A stretch of DNA of 64,000 nt from Dendrobates tinctorius (Eukaryota): the NCBI RefSeq assembly GCF_039654945.1, contig NW_027361751.1:23932001-23996000 (forward strand). Reading direction: 5' to 3'. Below, piece after piece: positions 1-14,045 of the stretch; within the stretch, counting starts at the first letter, position 1, and every line of letters begins with the position of its first letter. The position numbers and the translations under genes are program-made. Below the pieces are notes generated by a model. That model made no database searches. It saw only the letters and a list, made by a program, of their open reading frames with translations, and was not told the DNA's origin.

Positions 1-1817
1 AGCTCTTTAAGGTCCCACAATTTGGGAACATGAATAAGGCATTTAGGTATTTAAATCCCATTTAAAAAAATAAAATAAAACATTGGCTGTTCCCAATGGC
101 GATGGTACGCACAGCATTAAAGGGAACCTGACAGCTGATTGCGGATGCCCTAAGCACAGGCAATAGGGAGCAGAGTCCGGCTCTGGTATTGCAGCCATGT
201 ATATATAAAGGCCTCATTCACGTCAGTGATTGTTATATGCAAATAAACAGATTTTCAACAGTGTTTTGGATCAGTTTTTCCATTAATGTCAAATTTTACT
301 ATTAGTTTTCTCACATGCAAAAAAACACCTGACCGATTTCTCAAGCTTCTCCGATCAGTGAAAACCGGAAAAGCACAAAGACGGCATCAGAGTTCAGTCT
401 GATTTTTTTCCCAGACCGATCGACCTGAATTAGCGAGTTGATTTGCGATTAAAAAGTGGACATTTTTCTATGCTTTGGTGCGGACCACTACACAGACATG
501 TGAATAGCCCTATAAACTATAGGTATGCGCTCTGTGGAAAAAAAAAGGACATCTGAAACATTGGGTATTTAAAAAAAAAAAATTATAAAAATTGTTCGGC
601 AGCATTGTGGTGCTGATTACTAGTAGAAGAGGCCGGTCTCGCGGCTCCTCCTCGTCCAGCTTCCCTAGACAGACCGTGGGACCAGCCTCTTGGACCAGTG
701 ATCCCCGGCTGGGGTTATCCTCTACGAAATGGAGCAGAGCTTCAGAGTAAAACACATGTAGCTACAATAACTCAGCCAGACTGATTCTCACTGTCTGTGG
801 TTTGCGCAGCATCAGATTCCCTCTAAGTAACCACCAAACACATCACCCCATCAGAACAGATACTGACACGATATACCATCATTGTCTGACTAAGCAGGGA
901 CCAAAGTGCTAGGTACCATACTGGCCTCCTTGGTTTCTTCAACCTCGCAGTTGGGGGGGGGGGGCTGGGAGGTCGTAGACTAGTGAGGTGGGACGCCACC
1001 TGTCAGACATTTATGTAATGCAAAAATAGAATGGTCACTGGACTACCTAAATTAGTAGTAACCCACCACCACATTTACATACAAAAGCATGTTACTAACA
1101 GTCACTTAGTGGTTTACATACCCGGCTGCAAAAGTAAAGGATGCTACTCCATTAGTAAAGAGACAAGCATGCATTCATAATATACAGAGTGAGGAGCCAT
1201 AAAAGCATACAAGTGAGATCACAGAACTGCGCATACACCTGTAGCTTGTATAGGATTAGCCCCGCTGGTAGAGCGAGGGCTGGAGGGTCCTTACAGTGGT
1301 CACATTTCACATACCAGTACTAGGTGGGTGTAATATATAGATGGATCTGGTATATTATGGCCACAGCGATGTATGTGGTGCACAGAGGGGCTGATCCGTA
1401 CACTTTATAAATAGAGCCCTACATGGTATATGATCAGATTGATGGCGTGGTACTTTATTACCTGTGCCAAGTATCTAAATCCTGGATGTATTGGTATTCT
1501 GCACTTGAAAATCACATTAAAAAAACATGGCACATGGCATCAAGTTGTGAGGAGTCGTACAGTATTCATAGATATCTATGGGCTGCTACAAGAAGTCCAG
1601 ATGCCACCACTATCATAAGGAGGCATGCAGTTTTTGGACTCCATATTGCAGAGCTAATCTCCCCTAGATGCATCGATTTGGCAACATACTGGTGCAATTT
1701 TATGCAACGATGTACGACCATGGAAATCCGTTTTGCTCAGCGGATGATGACATTAATGTCTGCAATAAAGTCACCGCTCCTTACAATTGTACGTCAGACT
1801 ATACGGTGCTCACTCAC

Positions 1818-1862
1818 CTCTGCATTATAAAATTTGGTCTTCACATCAAGAGGTTTAAGAAC
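1818..1862 (-). CDS. TRAPPC13: TRAPPC13 coding exon 7 (VLKPLDVKTKFYNAE); gene continues beyond window start
   Basis: 45-nt exon, cag|GTT...GAG|gtgagt; peptide matches recalled vertebrate TRAPPC13. Confidence 0.95.
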
Positions 1863-2423
1863 CTGTGATAAGACAGAAGAAGTGTTATAAAGTGATCGCT
1901 CCTCCCAAATCACTGCAAGAACCTGGACATCCATGCTTGTAGACAGCTTTATACAATCCCTACTGGGGTCTCATAGGGAATATGCATAAAATGGAGGGGA
2001 ATCCTCACTGGAGATCTCTGTATAGGGAGGACTCCCAAACTAAAGCCCAGAAAAAAAGATTTATTTCTTCTTCAGGAAGAGGACTCATGTGAAAAACTTT
2101 AAAGGGATGGTGTATTTCAAAATGATCACCTTTGGCAGCACTCTGAATAAAGATATCCAGTTTATTAGCATATATATTACCAAAGTCCTAGGCATAAAGG
2201 AGGCCGAGTAACTCATTTCAATAGCTAAGCCAGACCCCCTTTTTTAATCCCTTACTGCAATGGTTGTATAGAGAGGGGGTCTGGCTCAGCTTCCAAAATG
2301 ATCCAGTAGGTCAGCCCCCTTTCTGTCCAACACTCTCCTGTGTTGAACAGAAGCCGAAATTTAAGCTGCTGCTAAATAGCTGAACACCACAAATTCAGAA
2401 TTAGACATTTTTGGACGCCTCAC

Positions 2424-2496
2424 CTGGAACTTGAAGAACTTCCTAAAGTACATCTTCTCCCCAGTCTGTGTGGTATAGCTGACGGCACACACTAAT
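2424..2496 (-). CDS. TRAPPC13: TRAPPC13 coding exon 6 (LVCAVSYTTQTGEKMYFRKFFKFQ)
   Basis: 73-nt exon with AG/GT boundaries, phase-compatible with neighbours; peptide inside ORF 2361..2579. Confidence 0.95.
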
Positions 2497-2598
2497 CTGA
2501 AACACGGAGAGCAGAGAAGAGCATCGATGTGGCTCACATCACTGAAGCACACATTTTGGAGCAGGGCACCTGCCCTCATGCCGCTCCCCTATACCCAC

Positions 2599-2726
2599 AT
2601 GTGTGTGCCTATTTCCTTCACTTCATGGTGGATGACGTCATCTATGCAGCTGTCCTGTTTGAGTTCAGCCACCACCGCACTGGACGCAGACAGGTTTAAC
2701 CTCTGTGAGCTCGTCTGGAGGTCCGC
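2599..2726 (-). CDS. TRAPPC13: TRAPPC13 coding exon 5 ([15 protein letters not shown]...[16 protein letters not shown])
   Basis: 128-nt exon, cag|GCG...AT|gtgggt; matches recalled TRAPPC13. Confidence 0.95.
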
Positions 2727-3117
2727 CTGTAAGGAACGAGATGTGACGTACTGCAGTGCGACTTCCCTAATTTATAGCATGGCTTCATATATAACAGGGG
2801 GCTCCTACCAGCACAGCTACAACCTATGATCCCCCTAGAATAATACCAGGCAATAGGATCTGTACTCACTTGTAGAGATTCACGTAAAACATGTATAATA
2901 TATAACAATATTCTTGGCACTTATTTTTTTGTTGCGGTGTTGACAAATCGGATTGTGTACATTCCTTTAAAACGCCGCAGTCAGTGATTGACAGCAGCAT
3001 GTAAATTATCAGCTGCAGCCAGAGACCGATGCAGGCTATTAAATACAGCCGGTATCTTCCATGTCTGGCTATCCGTGCCCACAACTCATTAGTCACATGG
3101 GGGCAGGAGTGACTTAC

Positions 3118-3202
3118 CTTGACTTGGATGTCTTTCACCGCTTGGTTGCTGTCATTGTGTACACTGATGTAGCTCGAAAAGGTTTCACCCAGAAAAATAT
3201 TC
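3118..3202 (-). CDS. TRAPPC13: TRAPPC13 coding exon 4 ([28 protein letters not shown])
   Basis: 85-nt exon, cag|G...AAG|gtaagt. Confidence 0.95.
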
Positions 3203-3666
3203 CTGTTAGAAGTAGAATATCATATCAGACACAAGGATAAGAAGCCCCAAAAACCCCATATATAAAAATATAGGTGCGGTTCCCATTTAAAAGCAGGACA
3301 GAAATTTAAAACAAATATTCTGAATTAGATTTATGCAAAGAAAAATGATAGAAATGTTTTTGAACAGGAACCCAAAAGGAGCCAGCCATTCACTGCAATG
3401 AAGCCGTGGGAGTCACTGTCCGGCTCCATCCTGGCAGGAGTTGTCCATTTCAAACATTATCAAAAACAAACAAAATCCTTTTTTGGGGGCTTCTGACAAA
3501 CCCTGGAGTAGTACTGAGCGGTGGTTGTGTTGTGGGCATTTAGTCTATTTAATGAACTACATTATAAAATGACAAATCAGTTTTCTTAAAATCTCAATCT
3601 ATATCTAATAAATGTCTGACACTAAAATGAGGGGAAAAAAAAAAAAAAAAAAAAAGAAAGTTTTAC

Positions 3667-3766
3667 CCAAAGTTCTGCGGTAACGTCAGCATTTCCCCCA
3701 GCATTAGGATCTCAGCTCCTTTCACTGTGGAAGGATCTTCCTTCATGAGATTATGAAAAAGATCAC
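3667..3766 (-). CDS. TRAPPC13: TRAPPC13 coding exon 3 ([34 protein letters not shown])
   Basis: 100-nt exon, tag|GT...GG|gtaaaa; peptide in ORF 3663..3884. Confidence 0.95.
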
Positions 3767-4186
3767 CTATGAGCCGAAGGGTCAGAAAAATCATCAGAAT
3801 ACAGACGGAGCAATCAGTGGACAGTAGAACGCGCAGGAAATGTTTAATTCGGGCCCATGATAGGCGAGCCGCGTAGAAGGGCAAATAAGTCTTCTATTCC
3901 CGCATGAATGGGACCTGTGAATGATCTGATGGATAAGATTTAACCTAAAACGTAACCAGAGGACATGATCTAGCGCATTGGGTATATTAGTAGCACTGTC
4001 ACCCATGTCTGCTTTTAGATCACCCCATGCACACAAACGGGGCATCATCGCTTGGGGACAGAGCTGAAGAGGTGTGTGGTGTTGGCATGTCCATCGGTCA
4101 CTCCAGCAACCTTTTACTTATACAGATACAAATAACCCGATTCCCGTGGTACCAACAGCCAAGACAAAACACTAAGTGTCGCTTAC

Positions 4187-4255
4187 CGGGAAGGTCCCGT
4201 CCTTCACAGGTCACTGGGATATTGGTGAATAAGGTCGGTTTCGTAAGACGCATCA
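4187..4255 (-). CDS. TRAPPC13: TRAPPC13 coding exon 2 ([23 protein letters not shown])
   Basis: 69-nt exon, ttcag|TG ATG...CCC G|gtaag; phase 1 on both sides. Confidence 0.95.
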
Positions 4256-7200
4256 CTGAAGTGAAAAACAAAACATGGTTTATGCTTCTAGGTTTAACGC
4301 ATTAAATCACCACAGTCCACAAAAGGGGGGTGGGAAAAAAAAAAAAAAAAACCACGAATGAAGTTCATGCTGCAGATTATATAATTTCAGCAATGGACAA
4401 AATTGTCTAATAGGGTCTTTAACGGTATGTCTGCCCACTGGGGGAGTGATAAATGAGCAGCGGAGCCAGGGGGCCATGAATGAAAACAAAATGCCATCTA
4501 ACTATTCTCTAAATGTAAGCAGCTTGCCGCTGGTTTTTGCATTTTTCCCCATCGCTGGTGTCTTTTCTATATGTTCGACTATAGTGGTGAGCCGTTTCCT
4601 AGCGGAAGCTGACCAGAGAGTCAGCACGCTACTTCTCTGAACCTGAAATAAGTAACATCAGACAGAACGCGTGCACTGCGATATGGTTTTTACACAGCTG
4701 AATATGATCATTATTGAGCGGCAGTTTTGTGGTGCCGTTACGGGCAGTTTTTTCCATTCGATTTTTATTCCTTTACAGTTTGCACCAGATAAATGTATAA
4801 CTGCACTAAGGTCCAGTAGGATTTTACACAAAGGCACAGCAGAAAAGCATTTAGCTCTGTTCATATTTGAACTGGAAGCCACTGCAGTGTTCCGTTTTCT
4901 TCAGGTGCGTCATTGCGCCTCTGAATTCGGATGTATGCTTCCAATCTTCAGAGGCACATTACGTATGACCGGAGATGCAAAGAACGGCTCATGTACATCT
5001 TCTGCACTTTCGGTAATGCACATCACGTCTTAGAAGCCGGGAAGCGTGCACCTGGCTTCAGAGGGGCAATGACGCTGCCGTATAGAGGCACGTGCATGCA
5101 TCAGATTTCCAAGATTTGCAAATCTGGTTATAATGCCAACAGGGGCGTGATAACATGCGGAAAGGGCCAACTAGTCTGGGGAAGCCAACGCCCCAACGAC
5201 TAGTCAAAGACCTAATTAGTACAAGAAAAACAGAGCTTATAAATACTTCAAAACATGGATAAGGGACTAACAGGATAAAGGGAAAGTTGGGCAGGGAATT
5301 TAGTAATACATATGTGGATGCTGGGGGTTGGAGGGCATGGGGGGACCTGACAGATTCCCTTTAATACGGCTACTCTCGTTGTCTCTTGAGCAGCTCAGAG
5401 CTGCGCAGTCTCCTCACTTCCCGGGTTCCTGGCAGGGCAGGCTCTCCTCCTGGAGTGACAGTTCTGGTGAGTAGCTGAGTTGCAGTATTAATAAAACTAT
5501 AAAGCTCACAGTTTCTGCTGTAACACATTCAGCTATTGGTGGTTTCTTCTTGAGTCTACACTGCCATCATTATATTTACATATAGAGGCCACAGGGCACT
5601 TATACAAGCAAACGGCTCGGGAGAGATAGCCGCTGTGATTAGGGGACCTGATCTGAAATCAGCTGATGCTGGGAGCTGGTGATTTAGCAAGATTTGTAAC
5701 AGCAGATTGTCAGGAGCTGAGAAGCAGGAGGAGGGACAGGAGCAACTAACTAAAGAAATCAAAGGGTTGAAGCTGGCTGGTAGGTTACTAGTTAATCTCG
5801 CGCCCCTGGAATATGACTACTTGGTCATGGTCTGGGCAGGCGCCAGAGGACAGGCTCCATGGAACCAGCTGTACACAATGAAAGAATAAGAGCTCTCAAG
5901 CAGGAGAATGATAGCACATAGTAAACGCCAATTGCAAACTTGTTTATTTTCATGTTAACGTCTCAATCAAATGTTAGTTTTACACGTATGAGTGCCATCT
6001 GTTTTTTTTCACGGATAACACTTGTATCTATCATAGTATATGAGGCTGTACACATCAGATTGTTCCTCGGACCGTGTGGCAAGTGCAATACTGAACAGAG
6101 TGTTCAATCAATTTCTGCAAAGCGAGTCTATGGGTCTGTGAAAAAAATAAATAAGGAAGACCAAACGCTGATGAAAAGCTGATGAAGATCAGTGACTAAA
6201 CTCGGCCCATTTCGATCGTACGTCAAAAACTGATGCCTGAACGAGGCCCATCTGATTAAAGCAATAAGTTGAGAATACCCCTTTAAATCAGTAGACCCCC
6301 ATACATGAGACAAAAGCGTGTCCCATGATTGTTGATTGGTTGGACAATCGGTGATTTACTGGTGTAGAAAAGGATCTCAGACTACAAAGGCCGGTTTATG
6401 TATATATATATTTTTGCCAGTGAAGCAGCCAGAGCTCACCACTGATCACAAAAAAATCCAACATGCCCGATCAGGGTTTTGGATGATAATGATCGGTCGT
6501 CAATCAAACATCAGTCGAAAGGAACGATTGTTACAGCTGATTGTCGAATGTTATGGTCTAAATCAGTCATTTTGGATTAATTATGTTTTTGTGGGATCTT
6601 ACAATTAGATTTGATTTCACAGACACAATTGTATGCTGCCTCTTGTCGTCACTTCTAGCAAAAATGTAATAAACTATGGGGCCGATTCAAAGTTATGTTA
6701 CAAAAGCAGAAATACCAAATCTATGTTTAACTTATGTTCAATGGTTGAAAAAAAGGCGAATTAACTGCTATATTTTCTTTTTACACTATTTTAAGTCTCT
6801 TTAAGGGACATGAACCTGCAATGATCTGCTTATATTATATTTTCTGCAATGCCACACTAGTGAAAAAAGATGTTCTGCTATGAAGTTCCCCCATAGGATT
6901 AGCTTCACAGTAGCATCAAGCTGGTGGGGACAAGGTCTTTCAGCAGGTGCCCTGATATTAAAAAAGGACAACGCTGAAAGCCTTCCAGACATGTTTCGCC
7001 TGACCAGTGTCTTCAGGCAACAACACAATAATTAATGCCTTACATAAATACTTGATTGTAAATGCATTTCCACACATAAGTTCTGAAAAAATGCAATCAG
7101 CCAAACATTTGAGTTTTTAAAATTGAACATGTAGTATAAGTTTTCGAAATAAGATTCAATAAAGGCTTCCTGACAATCTGCACCAGATCATCATGTTTTC

Positions 7201-7347
7201 AGAATTTCCCTAGTATTGCACAGATGACAGAACTTGTGGCAATGTCAAATGCCTTAATAATAATTCCCTTACCTGTGCAATACTAAAGAAATCCTGAAAA
7301 CATGACATGTTGGCAGAAGTGAGGACTGGCGTTTGGGAAACACTTAA

Positions 7348-7954
7348 AGGGAATCTGTCATCTATTTTTAGCCCTATGAGCTGCTGCCACCAGGGGCTTA
7401 TCTACAGCATTCTGTAATGCATTCTGTATTGCTGTAGATAAGCCCCTGATGTAACCTGAAAGAGAAGAAAAACGAGTTATATTATACTCACCAGGGGGGC
7501 GGGTGTCGCGGTCCAGCGCCTCCCATCTTCATACGATGACGTCCTCCTTCTTACTTCTGCCACGGATCCTGTGCAGGCGTACTTACTCTGCCCTGTTGAG
7601 GACAGAGTAAAGTACTGCAGTGCGCAGGCGCCAGGAAAGGTCAGAGAGGTCCGGCGCCTGCGCACTGCAGTACTTTACTCTGTCCTCAACAGGGCAGAGT
7701 AAGTACGCCTGCACAGGATCCGCGGCAGAAGTAAGAAGGAGGACGTCATCGTATGAAGATGGGAGGCGTCGGACTGGACCGCAACATCCATTGGACCTGA
7801 CGCTGGGGTGAGTATAATCTAACTTGTTTTTATCCTTCAGGTTTCATCGGGGGCTTATCTACAGCATTACAGAATGCATTACAGAATGCTGTAGATAAAC
7901 TCCTGATGGCGGTGGCCGCATCTTATAGGGCTAAAAATAGGTGACAGATTCCCT
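7348..7954. mobile_element. Palindromic TTAA-target MITE (T2/Kolobok-like)
   Basis: TTAA duplicated at 7344-47 and 7955-58; TIR AGGGAATCTGTCA; almost the whole element is an inverted repeat centred near 7640. Confidence 0.85.
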
Positions 7955-8702
7955 TTAACTAGAGTGACCCTTTAAATGGCAAATTATCAAGAAAGGTAAA
8001 AATTAAGCCAATACACTATGTAATATCTTGTGTTTTTATCATTTAATAAAAGATATAGGCATTACAAAATTCATATGTATTGTCAGAAGTACAATTCATA
8101 AACTGAACAAGGCATCATAGAAAGAAATACAGGTGTAACAAAAGAAAGCAGAAAATATTTCCTAAACAGGCCTGGTCACTCCTATCCTATGTGTATTTTA
8201 GTAAATTCCTACATTCTTCATTACAATACAGTTCTGGAATATTCTGCTTTGTGCCGTTCCACTGTCATCCCTACTATAAATTTATGAATAATTTGACAAC
8301 TGGGTGTTCCCATGCACAGTCTAACCTCACCCAATCAGAACTGATCTACTAAGTAGGGACACACCCCCGAGCAGCCAGTAATCTAATGCAGAGATATTGT
8401 TCTGAAGAATGCAAATATTTACTAGAACAGACTTGGCCTCTTAGAAAATAATCTGTCATCAGAAAATGTTTTCGTGCTTAAAATCAGTTTGTGTTACATG
8501 TATTTAAAAAAAAAAAAAAAAAAAAACAAAACGCTTTTTTTATTATTCATTTCATGATCTTTAATATAAAAATAGAATTATTAATCTTGCAATTTCCACA
8601 CTGACCACTGGGACTTTGTTAGACTCCGAATTCCTGCCCTTTCAGTTAAGAGTTTTCAGCAGGCTCGTTATCACAGTCAGGATTACAGTGACAGGCAACA
8701 CC

Positions 8703-11143
8703 TTAATGCTGCCCATGTTGCAGAAATGCTGCGGAATTTTCCCCAGCATTTCCGTAACTCCTTGCCGCGGGTAAAACGCATGCGGTTTCCCATAAAACAC
8801 TAGCGTTTTGTAAGCGTTTTTTGCTTGCAGAATGCTAGCACTTTCCAAGCGATTTGAAGCATCGCTTGGAAAGTGATTGACAGGTTGGTCACACTTATCA
8901 AGCATAGTGCTTGACAACTGTGACCAACTTTTACTACAGTCATGGCCAAAAGTTTTGAGAATGACACAAATGTTATATTTTCACATGATCTGCTGGCCTC
9001 TGGTTTTTATGTGTGTTTGTCAGATGTTTTTATCACATACAGAAATATAATTGCAATCATATTATCAGTAACAAAAGGTTATATTGACAGTTAGAATGAG
9101 TTAATGCAGCAAGTCAATATTTGCAGTGTTGACCCTTCTTCAGGACTTCAGCAATTCTCCCTGGCATGCTCTCAATCAACTTTTGGATCAAATCCTGACT
9201 GATAGCAGTCCATTCTTGCAAAATCAATGCTTTTAATTTGTCTGAATTTGAAGGTTTTTGTTTGTCCACCCGTCTCTTGATGATTGACCACAAGTTCTCA
9301 ATGGGATTAAGATCTGGGGAGTTTCCAGGCCATGGTCCCAAAATCTCTGTTTTGTTCCCTGAGCCATTTAGTTATCACCTTTGCTTTATGGCAAGGTGCT
9401 CCATCATGTTGAAAAAGGCATTGTTGATCGCCAAACTGCTCTTGGACGGTTGGGAGAAGTTGCTCTTGGAGGACATTCTGGTACCATTCTTTATTCATGG
9501 CTGTGTTTTTAGGCAAGACAGAGAGAGCCCATTCCCTTGGCTGAGAAGCCACCCCACACATGAATGGTTTCAGGATGCTTGACAGTTGGCATGAGACAAG
9601 ACTGGTGGTAGCGCTCACCTGGTCTTCTCCGAATAAGCCGTTTTCCAGATGTCCCAAACAATCGAAAAGGGGATTCATCAGAGAAAATGACTTTACCCCA
9701 GTCCTCAGCAGTCCACTCCATGTACCTCTTGCAGAATATCAGTCTGTCCATGATGTTTTTTCTGGAGAGAAGTGGCTTCTTTGCTGCCCTCCTTGAGACT
9801 AGGCCTTGCTCCAAGAGTCTCCGCCTCACAGTGCGTGCAGATGCACTCACACCTGCCTGCTGCCATTCCTGAGCAAGCTCTGCACTGCTGGTAGCCCGTT
9901 CCGCAGCTGAAACACTTTTAAGAGACGGTCCTGGCGCTTGCTGGTCTTTCTTGGGCGCCCTGGAGCCTTTTTGGCAACAAGGGAACCTCTCTCCTTGAAG
10001 TTCTTGATGATGCAATAGATTGTTGACTGAGGTGCAATCTTTCTAGCTGCGATACTCTTCCCTGTTAGGCCATTTTTGTGCAGTGCAATGATGACTGCAT
10101 GTGTTTCTTTAGAGATAACCATGGTTAACAGAAGAGAAACAATGATGCCAAGCACCAGCCTCCTTTTAAAGTGTCCAGTGGTGTCATTCTTACTTAATCA
10201 TGACAGATTGATCTCCAGCCCTGTCCTCATCAACACCCACACCTGTGTTAATGGAGCAATCACTGAAACGATGTTAGCTTGTCCTTTTAAGGCAGGGCTG
10301 CAATGATGTTGAAATGTGTTTTGGGGGATAAAGTTAATTTTCTAGGCAAATATTGACTTTGCAAGTAATTGCTGTTAAGCTGATCACTAACATTCTGGAC
10401 TATATGCAAATTGCCATTAGAAAAAATGAAGCAGTAGACTTTGTAAAAGTTAATATTTGTGTCATTCTCAAAACTTTTGGCCATGACTGTACTGAGGCTG
10501 CCTATGCAGCATCAATAGTAAAAGATAGAATGTAAAAACAATATAAAAAATAGGGATATACTCACCTTCTGTTGGCCCCCGCTCCTCAGCCACGCTGCCA
10601 GCATCTTCCGTTCCCAAGGATGCATTGCGAGAATCACCTCAGATGATGTAGTGGTCACGTGACATCTGGGGTGATTCGCGCAATGCATCCCTTGGAACGG
10701 AAGATGCCGGCAGCGTGGCTGAGAGGACTCCGGGGGCCGTCAGAGGGTAAGTATATCCGTACTTTTTTATTCTAATTCTATTTTTTACAGGAATATGGTA
10801 TCCAGGGCATGGAGGAGAGTCTCCTCTCCTCCAGACCCTGGGTACCATCTGCACATGAAGCGCTCACTTTACGAATGGTGGGCATAGCCACATACGTAAA
10901 ATGAGCGTTTCAATGCAATCCTATGGCGGCGGAATCGCCACAATTCCGCAAAATTAATGAACATGCTACGGATTTTACCGCTATGCGATTCCGCAGCAGT
11001 AAAATCTGCAGCATGCGCACAGCAACTGCAGAATCCCATAGGATTGCATGGGGATGCTTTTTGTTAGCGTTTTTTTAAGCGTTTCCGCTGCAGAATAAAA
11101 TCGGCAAAAATGCTTAAAAAATGCAACGTGGGCACACAGCCTT
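8703..11143. mobile_element. Degenerate PIF/Harbinger-type non-autonomous element hosting the Tc1 insertion
   Basis: Ends resemble GGCTGTGTGCCCACGTTGC TIRs seen elsewhere in the window; internal hairpin TTTTACTA|...GCAGCATCAATAGTAAAA is split by the Tc1. Confidence 0.55.
8937..10489 (-). mobile_element. Tc1/mariner transposon, full length, frameshifted transposase (about 10122 to 9114)
   Basis: TA flanks; TIR CAGTCATGGCCAAAAGTTTTGAGAATGACACAAAT at both ends; motifs IFSDES, FQHDGAPCH, SPDLNPIENLW split across ORFs. Confidence 0.95.
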
Positions 11144-12780
11144 ATACTCAGCTGATAGCAAAGGATCCGCCAATCACAATAGACGATATTACAGTTCCTC
11201 CTCCCTCATAATAACCCCTTTCCACATGCTCGTTAGAACACTTCAATACAAAAGGTACACGGTCAGGGTTTCTGCTAATGTCCATGTGGATTTCCTGAAA
11301 CAGGTTATTTTCTAAAAAATCTCCAGTTGCAGTGTGAAAACTGAGATTTTAATTTTTTTTTTTTTAATATATAGAATGTTGAAAAACAAAAAAACAAAAA
11401 AAAAAAAAAAACTGCCATTTTTTATTATTCCAATTAACACAAAAATCTGATTTAAATAATGGATCATTTTCTGATGACACATTTCCTTTAAGTGACGTCT
11501 AGGCCATATGTCGCATGTTATACAGGATTACTGCTGGAATCATTTTTCTCTAGTAAACTGGACATATTGTGCTATGCACAGAAACCCGTGTGAACTCAAA
11601 ATATAAGAAACAAAGGATCGGTTCCCACTAGTTTCATGGTTTCAATTCATACCTGACACCTGCAAACAAAGCTGGATCCGTTTTCAAAATAGAACCAAAA
11701 CACCATCCGATTCTAAAAAATTCACCACCGAGTGCACAGTTTATTGTATATATCAGAAGGCCTGGCACTAGGTAAAAATGAAGAGATTTCTTGGCAAATA
11801 TCATTTGTAAGAAGTTAGCTCTGCATGTCGTGCAATTCATTTTCTTAAAAGTGACAAAAATGCAGCAAATGGAAGAAGTCAACTGCACTGGGCCAGATCA
11901 GCTCCATGACAAATCATGGAGAAGATCAGAAATTGGATGGATCAGACCTTTGACGTCAGGATGAATAAAGCATAAAAAGGTGCTCCCTCTACTTTTTTCT
12001 TTGTGTCAATGGAGGATAAAAAGCATATGGAAATATGAACGATAAAATGCATGAATTATGCAATTGATAGCATTAAAATATTTCGTGTTAAATTATAACC
12101 TACTTAAAAAGGACTCTAGTTTGGAAAACCCAGCCCCCGGCTGCAATTTGATTTGAAAACCAAAAGCTGTGCTTTTATCACCCTCCTCAGGTCAAGTGTT
12201 GACTTTCCACAGCTTGTCCTTGTGTTTGTAGAGCTGACGTCACGTCGACAGAGCTGCAGCCCGTAACGGATCTCAATGGCTTTTAGTCGTCAACTTGGAC
12301 CGGGTTGCTCACCAAATGGTTGCAGTGCTCTTGTCATGATGTCAGCGCTGCAGACAATAACAGACACTAGAAGCAGCGGAAGAGGCATAGTGCTGGACCT
12401 GGGGAGGGCGACTAGGCCTTTTTTTTTTTTTTAACAAACAGCAGCCATGTGTGAGTGGGCACTGCAGCCTCTCGATGCATGGGTATACTTGGGGTACGTG
12501 CACACGCTGAGGAATGATCTGCGGATTTGGCAGCGCGGATTTTGTAAAATCCGCAGGTAAAAAGACCTGCGGTTCATCATCTCTACAATGGAGAATCCGC
12601 AGCGTGTGCACACACCCTTACAGAAATAAGGGTAGGCCTTGTGTTTAACAAACATCTAGGGAAAAAAAGAAACTTTGCTTCTCATGGAGAATGCAGTTCC
12701 TTCAACAAAAAAGTAAAAAAATAAAATTAAAAAAAAATAAAAAATGGACTAACTGGCTGCTGAGGGCAAAATTAAATTAA

Positions 12781-14045
12781 AGTGGACCCGTCACTAGGAA
12801 AGTATGGTCCAATCTGCAGGCGCCATATTATAGAGCAGGAGGAGTGGAGTAGATTGACATGTAGTTTTGTGAGAAGAGATTTAGTATAACCTGTGTTTTA
12901 TTAAAGTAAACCCGTCACCTGTTTTAGCCGCTATAATGCCCTGTGCACACGTTGTGGGTTCTGCTGCGGATCCACAGCGGATTTGGCCCTGCGGATCCGC
13001 AGCAGAATCTCCTGCGATGTACAGTACCATTCTATCCTATGTAAAATAAAAAACGCTGTGCACATGCTGAGGAAAAATCTGCAACAGATACACTGCGGGT
13101 TCATTTCCACAGCATGTCAATTCTTTGTGTGGATTCCGCAGCGTTATACACCTGCTCCATTACAAGAATCCGTAGGTGTAAAAACGCAGGGGAAACCCGC
13201 AGGAAATCTGCACTAAATCCACAGGTAAAACGCAGGTTATTTTACGCGAGGAAAAAGCCGCAGCAGAATCTGCAACATGTGCACATACCCTAAGATGCGG
13301 CCACCGCCTTTCAGGGCTTATCTACAGCATTCTCTAATCCTGTAGATAAGCCCCCGATCCGACCTGCAAGATAAGAAAAATAAGCTTTATTATACTCACC
13401 CGGGGGGGGGGGGTCCGGTCTGATGGGTGGCGCAGGTCCAGCGCCTCCCATCTTCTTGCATCATCACGCTCCCGCGCAGGCGTACTTCTCTGCCCTGTTG
13501 AGGGCAGAGCAGTAGGCCAGCGCAGAAGCACAATGCCGGGGAGTTATGAATCAAGCAGGAGGGCGTCGTCGCAAAAAGATGGGAGGCGTCGGACCCGGAC
13601 CTGCGACACCGACCGGACTGCATCGGCCCGGACCACCCCCCCCCAGGTGAGTATAAGATAAGAAAAATAAGTTATCTTGCAGGTCGGACCGGGGGCTTAT
13701 CTACACCAATATAGAATGCTGTAGATAAGCCCTGAAAGGCGGTGGCCGCATCTTATAGCTGCCAAAAGAGGTGACAGGTTAGCTTTATGAATCTCCTGGC
13801 CTTTCTGGGGTTTTCAGTCCAGTGGGTGGTCCTATCAGTGACAGACAGCTTTCTCCCTATGCACACTTCTACGTAGAAAGCTGTCAGTCATGGATAGGAC
13901 CACCCACTGGACTGAAAATCCCACAAAGAGCAAAGGATTAAACTAATAAAACATAATGATCTATGAATATCTTCTCACAAAACTATATATCAAGCTGTTC
14001 ATTTCCCCCAGCTCTATAACATGGGACCTTAAGGATGCATTTTCA
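12781..14045. mobile_element. Triple nested MITE stack: outer T2-like, middle T2-like 12905-13784, inner Harbinger-type 12937-13290
   Basis: Inner copy has TAA duplication and interrupts GCTATAA|GATGCGGCC, the complement of the middle element's right arm; outer arms 12781-12900 and about 13940-14030 are inverted. Confidence 0.75.

Noticed and set aside
1000-1300. Possible TRAPPC13 micro-exon (SDLSSV-like in mammals) after exon 7
   Set aside because: No frame-preserving AG/GT-bounded match could be identified by eye.
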